Below, one piece after another: positions 17,201-24,685 of a stretch of DNA of 64,000 nt. A program made the position numbers and the translations under genes. Location: IMG/VR virus record IMGVR_UViG_3300009702_000016, positions 1-64,000 of that record; one strand, written 5' to 3'. The notes under the pieces are model-generated. The model was not told the DNA's origin, ran no database searches, and saw only the letters and a program-made list of their open reading frames with translations. This stretch comes from a virus. Numbering within the stretch: position 1 is the stretch's first letter; each line of letters starts with the position of its first letter.

Positions 17201-20200
17201 TTGCCCTCCTTCAACATGGAGGGAAGAACGGCATCTTGGACAAGAGAGTAGGCCTTTTGTATCTTCTTCAAGTCTGAAGGATCTTGTCCCTTCATCAACG
17301 TGGCAATGTCTCTCCTCGTCGGGCTCTTAGTTGAAGGAGGAGGAGTGACGGTCTTCTCCTTCACTCCGTAAAGCGCGTCAAGGACAGCTTTCTTGCTGGA
17401 GTTTAGCCTACGCTTTAACTTGTCACGTTTAAGTCCTGTCGCCTTGTTAGCCTCCAATACCTTTTTGATTGAAGAGGAGATCTTACTCTCTGACTCTTCT
17501 CTAGGAAGATTCTCCTTTTTCAGCGGAACGTACAGATGATGGTATGCGTAGTTTACCAGCACTTGGCTGGCATCTTCATGGTCAGGGTCCCATAGCTCCA
17601 GGACAATCCTAGAGTATGCACTGGAATCCTCCTCTGGGATGCTGTTCTTTTCCGCTAGGTCATCAATGTCGTCCTGGTTGAAGGGAGCATCTTTGCCCTT
17701 GCTGCTACTACTGAACATGTGGGCGATCCCCTCTGTTCCCTTGTAGTTCTCAATTCCCTCCTTTCGGCTCAGCCCGTAAAAGGCCCTGTGCAGAGCATCA
17801 AAGATGTCCTTGTTCCCCTTGTTCTTATCCCTTTGCATTAGGTTTGAAACCGCACCTTGCCAGGACAGGCTGGGATCCTTTTCTGCCTCCTCCTCGACCT
17901 GGGCAATGGCCCGAAGGACCAGGTTGTAGGTTGCAGTGGCCGTTTCAATGTTAACGGATCGGGGCTTCTCTCCTGCCTTCTCGGCCCGCTCCTCTTCTTG
18001 TTCCCTAGCCCTTGAAATCCTGTCCTTTCTTACACTCCTTGTAACTCCCCTGAGGGTGTCAGAAAGATCCATACCTCCTTGACTGATTTGGTAATCCCTA
18101 GCGGAAGGGAATGCGTACAACCTCTTAAGAAGAGGGGAGAAATCCCATTTTTCTGTGCTTTCGTCGTACAGGTCTTGGTGCTCATCCATGAACATCAGAA
18201 GACGTCCGAGAGACTCCTTCAGGAGAGCATTAGGAGAAGACTGCTGAGACTTCCTAAGGTCTTCCTCTGTTGATGACCCCTTAGATAGAGGGTAGATCCA
18301 AGGAGCAAGCACGGAGGGGTCCGAGCCTCTCATTCCCTTGACGTTCTTAAGTTGGTTTCTTAGCAGTTCTCTTGCCATGTTTTCGTCCTCTTCCTCTTCT
18401 TCCACGGGATAAGGAACGTGGAGAGGGCTTAGATCATAGATTCCTTCTGTGACCTTTAGGTCGGGTCTCTTCGTGTCAAAATAGGACTTTATCGCACGAA
18501 GAACACCCGATAAGTTGAATACAGATTTGGCCTTAGGAGAGGGAACAAAGTCATGTATGCTGTGGCCTGTGTACCTACCTTTCTCTCCCTCCTTCGTGTA
18601 CATATGGGAGCTTAACTCGGAGAGAAGAGCAGGCATTGCAGTCTGTCTTTCCTCCGCGCTAAACGTGCTAGATAGGCTATTCTGGATGTAGGAGAGGAGG
18701 TCCTCGTACAGACTAGTTTCCCTTCCAAGGGCAGGTCTTCTAAGTTCTTGGTCTTCGTCCCCCTCTTCCACAGGGTAAGGAACGTATAGAGCACTTAGAT
18801 TGTAGACTCCATCCTTGTGCTTTAGATCGGGTCTCGTGTCAAGATAGGACTTTATCGCATGAAGAACATCCGACAAGTTGGATATAGAGGATTTAGCCGT
18901 AGGAGAGGGGGCAAAGTCATCTATGCTGTGACCCGTGTAGCCGTCTTCCTTCGTGTACATATGGGAGCTTAACTCGGAGAGAAGAGCAGGCAGTGCCTTA
19001 ATTTCCTCTGAGTTGAGAGGGCTAGCTAGGTTATTCTGGATGTAGGAGAGTAGGTCCTTATACAGACTAGTTTCATCCTTAGATTTTTTGGGGATGAGAT
19101 AGCCTTCCTCACTTTTGACGTCCTCAAGAGGAACAACGTAATCCCGAAGATAGGACGACTGCTGGCTCAAGTCATCGTATTTCGGAGGCTCCTCCCCCTT
19201 TTCTCTGGCTTTTTCTGCTTCATCCAACCTGTGATCAAACTCTTTCTGGGCTTCTTCCACCTTCTTGATGAACGCCTTTTGCCTTTCCTCGGACTCCGCT
19301 GCAGCTTCTTCCTGCCTCTTTTGAACCTCCTTCTTTCTCTCCTCGCTCATCTGTATGAACTCGGGCGTCTTTTGCCTTTTCTCTTCCTCCCTAAGAAAAT
19401 CTTCGTGGGATGGAATTTGTGGAATCTCCGATTTAGTAGAACGAGGAACAAAAAACATATTGGCCAACGATGTCTCTTGGCCGTCATAATGCTCTTCCAC
19501 GTAGTTATGAAGCTTTTCAAGAAGATTCACACGCCAGTGTTGAGGCAGACCCTCTAGCACTGCGTTTTTGTCCCTGTCGTACCTTTCCTTGTCCTCTTGG
19601 TACTTTCTACGCATGGCCTCCAGGCCTTCGCTTTCGCTCATATACTCAGCGCGAAGACTCCTAGCTTCTTCTTCATACTCTTCTTCGCTCTTTTCTGATC
19701 CCTTGAGGTATGAGTCAGCTAGATTCCTAGTTTCCTCATCTGTTATCTGTCCTTCGGCAGTCAGAATCGACGTAAGGGTTTCAGTTACATTTTCTTTTGC
19801 TTCATCGCGTTCTGCTCGTGCTCCCTCTAGGTCTGACTCAAGCTTCTTGACGGAATCAGAAAGTTCCTGACTAGCCTCCTTAAGTTCCTCTTCCGTAAAG
19901 TGTGTTACTCCTCCGATTTCTAGGTTTCCTTCTTCATCGTACACGTCTTCGTAATTCGCTACGATATCTGCAACCCTATCTCCACTGGAGGAACCTAGTC
20001 TCTTTAGAAGGGTATTTACATCTTTGAGTGCTCCAAAGTACTTGACTCGTCCCTCCCTAACAGACTTATCTTTGAGGTTCTCATTGTTCTCATACTTCTT
20101 GTTCTCCGTTAGCTGTGCGACCGCGTCACGTAAACGAACAAGATTGTCTCGACCACTAAACTTGGAAAGCTCCGCCTGAGCGGCTGTACGTTGATCTACG

Positions 20201-23200
20201 GCAGCCGCAAGAGCCTCCTCGCCTCTAACATTGACGTAGTGGGAAACTAGCTTTCTTTCTGTTTCATTACGCTTGTTCGCATTATTCTCAACGATTTGAA
20301 TTTTATCCTGTAGGGCCGTAAGCTTTTCTTTGATTTCGGCCCCATCGGTACGCAGGTCCTCTCGGAGACTTTTGATCCTGTTTACTAGCTTCTTGTTCCG
20401 CTTATCATAGACAGCGGAGGCTTTTTCCTCGGCCTTTCGCTGCTCTCTCGTTGCCTTGTTCAACAGGCTGCGAAGAGGTCGCCTGTCTCCCTTCGCTCCC
20501 TGCTGCTGTACCTCCTCCATTAGCTTGTAGAAGCGAGAGTCATCTTCTTCCTTCTTAAGGGAGAGCTTGTTGTTCAGCTTCTCAAGGTCAGCCTCTAGCT
20601 TCTCCCTCTCCTTCGCCTTCTTTCCAAACTCAGGAAGGGACTTGAGCTTCTCCTCAATCTCCTTTCTGGATTTGGAGGATTCTTCATCCTCCTTGGTAGT
20701 GGGAGCGATTGACTGCTCCAGCTTGTTGAACAGAGTTATCTTTCGGAACTCTTCCTCTCGGTCCTTCACCTTGACTGGCTCGATGAACTTATGGGTTACG
20801 CCATTCTCCTCGTCCATGACGGACCTTCGTGCGTCACGGCCAAGCTGGGCAATAGAATCCCTCTGGTACCAGTCCTTGAGAATGTGAGCGTACTTGTCGC
20901 GTAAAGAGGGCTGCTTTCGGACCTCTCTAGTCTTCTTTCGAAACGCACGGGAGAAGGTATCGAGAGCATCTGCGTAAGTGTCCTTAATCCAGCGAAGAGC
21001 AACGGAATCCTCGTCATCCTCGTCGAATAGAGAGTACTTCTTTCCGTACTCATTGGAAGCCATCTGTCCTATGCGATCATAGAGGGAGAGTGAGGACAGC
21101 TGCGCAATGGCATCGTCATCAAGTTGTGCAGGGGCGTTCTTTCCTCTCTTGTAGGGAAGGTCTGACGTTCTGAAAGGTCCGGGGATAGTCCATACCCACC
21201 GTAGGATGTTCTCCTGCTCTGGTGGGATCTTGGCGTCCCGAAGAGTCTCATTGAGGAGTTTCTCTGTGGCTATATTCTTTTCCCCCTCGTTCTCCTTGTT
21301 GCTACTCAATGACCAAAGAATTGGGTCATCCGGCATGCTGTCGCTGCCCCCCATATTCTTTGCCATGACGCGACTGAGAGGCAAGATGGTTTTGATCAGA
21401 GAATCTGACCAGTTGTCATCCATCTCTACTGCCTTTTGCATGAGAAGGGAGAGAAGCTTCTTGTAGGCTCTCCTCTTCATCTTCTTGTAATGGCGAGTAT
21501 TATTTCCGATATTGAGCTTCTTTTGGATCTCTAAATCGGTCAAAGCCGCAGTCTCTGGGCTTTGAGTTGTAGAGATTCCTAAAGCAGCGCTAAGATAGCT
21601 TATCTCCTCACTATCAAGTTCTGAGTTAGGGTCTTTAAGCACATCAGCGATGACTCCAAGTAGGACCTTCGCGTTTTCCCGTGCCTGAGCGGCCTCTTCT
21701 TCGTCTTCTATGTTGGCTACGTCAGCACCGATTTGGTCAATGACATTGACCATATCCGACTCCTCGCCTTCACCCCCGACATTTGTCTTTCCTTCTAGAT
21801 CCTGGTACCTAGTCACATTGACATAGTCGATGTAACTGATAGAGATTTCATCTCCGCTGTTCTCGGGGGAGAAGTAAATACGTCCCTTAGACGTGTCTAG
21901 TCTAAACTCGTCGCTTGCTAATGACGTTATGTCGTTCCCGCCAAGGCCCGCTATCGTAACGGTCTCCCCAATCAGACTCGTACTAAAAATAAGGGACTTG
22001 CTGCTTACTCTGAAGAGGTAGTCGGTTGCAGCCAGTCCCTCACTGAACTCCTTCAGCTTAACATTGCGATTTTTGGTTACTTTCCGAAGTTCCTGCCCAT
22101 CCTCTAGAATGATCTTCAAGTCAGGAGTGGCCCTATTTCTAACGGGGTCCCCCTTCTTTCTAAGCGAGATATACCCCGTAGGTACTGTGTTTCCCTTGGG
22201 GGATGGAAGGACTTCAAACGGAGTACCCGCCGCCCTGTAGACATTTCCACCTCTTCCCTTGATGGTGAGGCTTCCTAGGTCGATCTTTCCCGAGGGGAAA
22301 TCAATGTATCCTCCCCCGTCAGGAATCACTGCTTCCTTGTTCATGGAGCGGGCAGAGCTACCCTTAACAATCCCTTCCTTGAGCTTGTTATGCAGGTCTC
22401 TAAGAGCCCGAGTTGCAGTAACCTTGACAACTGTCAGCAGATTGAACTGTTTCCCTGTTTCGGTATGAATTGCTTTTGGATTGTACTTAAGAACAGAGGA
22501 TCGGAATACATCCATGAGCATGGAGTGCAGGTCTACTAGTGACACCTGGGAGTCGTCAAACACCTTACGGACCTTATTCCAGATCCTCTTTTTATCAGCA
22601 GCTTCCTCTGCCTTTGTCTTTTTCTTCTTTCCCGTTTGATCGTAGTACGTGTACCCATTTGTAATGAGCCTATTGAAGTACCCAGTAAAATACTGGTATA
22701 GGTCAGTAGACTCCCTGTCCATCTTTTTACTTGCGGAACTGACCTTAGTGAGATAAGAGAATGCCTCTGGGGATACCGTTCTGAAGTCTGACATGCCAGG
22801 TATGGCTGCCATGATGTCTTCATCTACTTTCCTCTCAGTAGAGCGGTACACCTTCTCTGTGATGATCGATGCCAGAGGCGTCAACACCGCCATGTCAGGA
22901 GCGACATTCTTTTCCGCAAACGCATATGCCTTTTCCTTAGCTTCTGGAGTTGTTGCGTTTGACAGAAGGTAAGTAAAGCGGAATAGGCTGGAGTCTTCAG
23001 GAAGTAGCGTAGTCTCGGACGCCCTAGAGTTCCTGATTTCTGCTGCTTCGTTTATGATAAGAGGTACGATTTCGTTCAACACTACTTCGGTATCGGGGAA
23101 CCGAAGGATATCCATCCATAGTTTTTGTGCGGCTTCCTGGATCTTGACTACCCTTTGGATAGCCTCCTCCTTCTTGTCCTTCATCGTATCTTTGCTAGAT

Positions 23201-24036
23201 TCGTTATCCTTACTCGGTGCGTATTTTACCTCCACCGTCTTTCCGTTGTCCTCATCTTTAAACGAGAAGGAAGAGGACTCTGGATTGAATCTGTACTTTA
23301 TGTTGTAGGTCTTAGTTCCGTCCTCATTCACTAGAGCCACGGAGACTTTAGACTTTGGCTCCACATCGAAGTCAAGATCTACTTTTCCATCACTTACAAC
23401 GTACCTTTTGGTTACCGTTTTCCACTTAAACCATTCCTTTCCAAGGCTCCAGGTTGACGCGGGCCAACTCTTTCCCTTGTTCCCCTTTCCCTTTTTCTTT
23501 CCTTTTTCCTTTCCTTTGTCGTCCTCTCTTTCGCTGTTACTAAGCTCTTCCTCGGAAGGAACGTTAGTGCCTACCTCGGCATTTTCTGCCTCTTCCTCAA
23601 CTTCCCTGGTATCCTCAGCAGCGCTGTCTTCTGTCCAATATTCCTCATCATCCTCCTCATCAGCCTCATCAGCCTCATCAGCCTCGCTGTCGACGATTAG
23701 GTTGTAGTTTAGGGTAACCTCCTCCCCTCCATAAAGGTCTTCCTTAAGCTGCAGCCTAGTCTCACCTTCTTCATCCTCACCTAGGATTGTGAAAGATTCA
23801 AGACCAGCCCGATTCTCCCCTTCTACCACAGCTAGAAACTTGGTAACACTTGGTGTATCAGGATCGGGAGCCTCGATAGTTAGAGAGTCAAGGTCAGCGT
23901 TGTCTGGAAGCTGAACAGCCAATACTCCGTCGTCCCCTACAATTCCCTCTATGGAACCTTTTGCTTGGGACTCCTCTTCGTTCGCCTCTTCCCCTTCAGA
24001 TGCGGTAATGACTTTTGTACGCCTAACGTTCTTCAT
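14206..24036 (-). CDS. Giant 3276-aa multidomain protein: sigma-70-like r2/r4 segments, coiled coils, duplicated domains, acidic and Pro/Ala linkers; probably virion-associated
   Basis: Uninterrupted 9.8-kb ORF at the distal end of the head block. See findings for domain evidence and a possible readthrough to 14119. Confidence 0.85.
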   Translation of the reverse strand: MKNVRRTKVITASEGEEANEEESQAKGSIEGIVGDDGVLAVQLPDNADLDSLTIEAPDPDTPSVTKFLAVVEGENRAGLESFTILGEDEEGETRLQLKEDLYGGEEVTLNYNLIVDSEADEADEADEEDDEEYWTEDSAAEDTREVEEEAENAEVGTNVPSEEELSNSEREDDKGKEKGKKKGKGNKGKSWPASTWSLGKEWFKWKTVTKRYVVSDGKVDLDFDVEPKSKVSVALVNEDGTKTYNIKYRFNPESSSFSFKDEDNGKTVEVKYAPSKDNESSKDTMKDKKEEAIQRVVKIQEAAQKLWMDILRFPDTEVVLNEIVPLIINEAAEIRNSRASETTLLPEDSSLFRFTYLLSNATTPEAKEKAYAFAEKNVAPDMAVLTPLASIITEKVYRSTERKVDEDIMAAIPGMSDFRTVSPEAFSYLTKVSSASKKMDRESTDLYQYFTGYFNRLITNGYTYYDQTGKKKKTKAEEAADKKRIWNKVRKVFDDSQVSLVDLHSMLMDVFRSSVLKYNPKAIHTETGKQFNLLTVVKVTATRALRDLHNKLKEGIVKGSSARSMNKEAVIPDGGGYIDFPSGKIDLGSLTIKGRGGNVYRAAGTPFEVLPSPKGNTVPTGYISLRKKGDPVRNRATPDLKIILEDGQELRKVTKNRNVKLKEFSEGLAATDYLFRVSSKSLIFSTSLIGETVTIAGLGGNDITSLASDEFRLDTSKGRIYFSPENSGDEISISYIDYVNVTRYQDLEGKTNVGGEGEESDMVNVIDQIGADVANIEDEEEAAQARENAKVLLGVIADVLKDPNSELDSEEISYLSAALGISTTQSPETAALTDLEIQKKLNIGNNTRHYKKMKRRAYKKLLSLLMQKAVEMDDNWSDSLIKTILPLSRVMAKNMGGSDSMPDDPILWSLSSNKENEGEKNIATEKLLNETLRDAKIPPEQENILRWVWTIPGPFRTSDLPYKRGKNAPAQLDDDAIAQLSSLSLYDRIGQMASNEYGKKYSLFDEDDEDSVALRWIKDTYADALDTFSRAFRKKTREVRKQPSLRDKYAHILKDWYQRDSIAQLGRDARRSVMDEENGVTHKFIEPVKVKDREEEFRKITLFNKLEQSIAPTTKEDEESSKSRKEIEEKLKSLPEFGKKAKEREKLEADLEKLNNKLSLKKEEDDSRFYKLMEEVQQQGAKGDRRPLRSLLNKATREQRKAEEKASAVYDKRNKKLVNRIKSLREDLRTDGAEIKEKLTALQDKIQIVENNANKRNETERKLVSHYVNVRGEEALAAAVDQRTAAQAELSKFSGRDNLVRLRDAVAQLTENKKYENNENLKDKSVREGRVKYFGALKDVNTLLKRLGSSSGDRVADIVANYEDVYDEEGNLEIGGVTHFTEEELKEASQELSDSVKKLESDLEGARAERDEAKENVTETLTSILTAEGQITDEETRNLADSYLKGSEKSEEEYEEEARSLRAEYMSESEGLEAMRRKYQEDKERYDRDKNAVLEGLPQHWRVNLLEKLHNYVEEHYDGQETSLANMFFVPRSTKSEIPQIPSHEDFLREEEKRQKTPEFIQMSEERKKEVQKRQEEAAAESEERQKAFIKKVEEAQKEFDHRLDEAEKAREKGEEPPKYDDLSQQSSYLRDYVVPLEDVKSEEGYLIPKKSKDETSLYKDLLSYIQNNLASPLNSEEIKALPALLSELSSHMYTKEDGYTGHSIDDFAPSPTAKSSISNLSDVLHAIKSYLDTRPDLKHKDGVYNLSALYVPYPVEEGDEDQELRRPALGRETSLYEDLLSYIQNSLSSTFSAEERQTAMPALLSELSSHMYTKEGEKGRYTGHSIHDFVPSPKAKSVFNLSGVLRAIKSYFDTKRPDLKVTEGIYDLSPLHVPYPVEEEEEDENMARELLRNQLKNVKGMRGSDPSVLAPWIYPLSKGSSTEEDLRKSQQSSPNALLKESLGRLLMFMDEHQDLYDESTEKWDFSPLLKRLYAFPSARDYQISQGGMDLSDTLRGVTRSVRKDRISRAREQEEERAEKAGEKPRSVNIETATATYNLVLRAIAQVEEEAEKDPSLSWQGAVSNLMQRDKNKGNKDIFDALHRAFYGLSRKEGIENYKGTEGIAHMFSSSSKGKDAPFNQDDIDDLAEKNSIPEEDSSAYSRIVLELWDPDHEDASQVLVNYAYHHLYVPLKKENLPREESESKISSSIKKVLEANKATGLKRDKLKRRLNSSKKAVLDALYGVKEKTVTPPPSTKSPTRRDIATLMKGQDPSDLKKIQKAYSLVQDAVLPSMLKEGKDVSVDRVVEVLEEKGADLDSDLLKKIVELAVHNPVGHLTKSQKNIIELLQGVPANWLPMLKSTYMGLVGKARKLSAAGKSSEEIANYIKGALNYGNWDKDLLDHAIDLASQDLEEETTPEPEAEEAPEAEEAAPIPTEPTLEEEEEGPELGEEEEEEGPELGEEEEEEGPELGEEEEPELGEEEEPELGEEEEPELGEEEEEEGPELGEEEEPELDEEPPELEFDEGPELGEEPPEEEEPPELEFDEGPELDEEPEAPAAGDKFEETQKFIHSAVAKTRKVFRPGDVENVMRAFAAGQSPGLPAGVKSKVADSLVKEAEGEGLTAADFAHYFSKVDQNTPTTPEAPEAPAPTPEAPAAPAPEAPAAPAPDFMPGPTGRSPEEMEEGTSQNRPNRYTGKEDKSVLVRTFVDAGNSLKEGLGEAALRAIAQSGEGWEQGFTFEGANASDLGGLEAFRAQSGISQKDAVSYLKAHEEMNAPAPAVAPAAPAVAPAPAPAPEAPAAPAPAAKKITIKEEAAAHNFIGELYHLVQEVFKSLEINDPEFEETVKEIGLSAAKENLDSLVTDVMSAISSHLNGPEDRRIISEAFKQLVREAKRGKVTPRTLNAYLAMDIPTAPPPRAPKSNKLTQNDKFKVLSFNSMVAELATTISNILEDTSTDDFRDTVVHAALTAAESNLDQMGDAVVTAISTYISRPGESKSIKKAFKLLANKAKLGGITPRLVKLFHEAPEAPAPAPAPAPAVAPAAPAPEAPAPAKKKKTRRWTGAKIRRSADNLRKAQNYVENKFKEEYDEDFSSVTKRYRSEVAEALHDTPLIINKSLSMKELKRLRDKLVTYVENSPLLTKNNPSKVRASVINYMNAMSNYFKALDMEARSDNPQIESLSSGDRIVSDRPVQELPKAPPEAPPAPPEAPPEAPFEEPDEPEFDEGEEEPEPDENEERGFQIGDKLLRNYDQKTDEEKRDVSTLVSRLNEVQKANAKGLDPYGLNVVDLLVAALRR
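16431..16780 (-). repeat. Coding tandem repeats (PELGEEEE / PELEFDEG) in the giant protein
   Basis: Repeated TCACCTAACTC(T/G)GG units at 24-33 nt spacing on the + strand. Confidence 0.9.
18397..19074 (-). repeat. Tandem duplication of a ~105-aa domain in the giant protein
   Basis: ETSLY.DLLSYIQN...PALLSELSSHMYTKE...AIKSY.DT.RPDLK...VPYPVEE at ~19074-18763 and ~18720-18397, with clear DNA-level similarity. Confidence 0.9.
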
Positions 24037-24046
24037 AATCGAACTC

Positions 24047-24682
24047 TCAGTGTGAGCTTAAGTTTGGAGCCGGGGAGGGAGGAGGTGTTCCTCCAGCAGC
24101 GGGGGAAGAGGCCGTTTCATTAAGGTCGAGGTCTGGTGATTCATCACCAATTCCTTCCTCTTCTTCCTTGCCTGACCCCACTTCCTTTCCAGGCAAGCTA
24201 TGGGAGACAGGAGTTGTCTTTTCCTCTTTGTGCGCCCGTCCAGCCAATGCGGACAACATCTTTCCTAGCTCCTGTACCTCAGCTATCTTTTGCGACTCCT
24301 CCTTGAGAAGCTCAGCTAGCTGGCCAAGAGCCGAGGCCTTGATCCCTGGTAGATCCTGCTCGTCCACCGACAGTATCTTCTCTAGCTCCGTTCCTGCCTC
24401 GGTTAGCTTCGACATCAGGCTGTCCGATGCCTCTGCAAGCCCACTGACTAACTTCTTGAAGGGATGTTTCTTAGGAAGAGTCCGCATCAAGACTAAGAAC
24501 GAATCCGCGTTGTCCTCAAGTTCTGACATGGCAGAGTCTGCTTTGTCGAACTTTTTAGTAACAGGAGCATCGACTCCGTTCGGATAAGAGTTAGCAATAG
24601 CATCGATTACCCGAGCTACCCGTGGTCTAATCTCTACTGGCGACCTTCGCTGTACGATCTTCAGCTTGTTCAGGACAGACAT
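24047..24682 (-). CDS. Hypothetical helical protein
   Basis: Tightly packed in the head block. Confidence 0.7.
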   Translation of the reverse strand: MSVLNKLKIVQRRSPVEIRPRVARVIDAIANSYPNGVDAPVTKKFDKADSAMSELEDNADSFLVLMRTLPKKHPFKKLVSGLAEASDSLMSKLTEAGTELEKILSVDEQDLPGIKASALGQLAELLKEESQKIAEVQELGKMLSALAGRAHKEEKTTPVSHSLPGKEVGSGKEEEEGIGDESPDLDLNETASSPAAGGTPPPSPAPNLSSH

Positions 24683-24685
24683 TTC

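Noticed and set aside
14206-24036. Giant ORF as a tape measure protein or virion RNA polymerase
   Set aside because: It is acidic and Pro-rich rather than an Ala/Gly-rich amphipathic repeat protein, it is not in a tail operon, and I could not find an NADFDGD-type or T7/N4-type polymerase motif.
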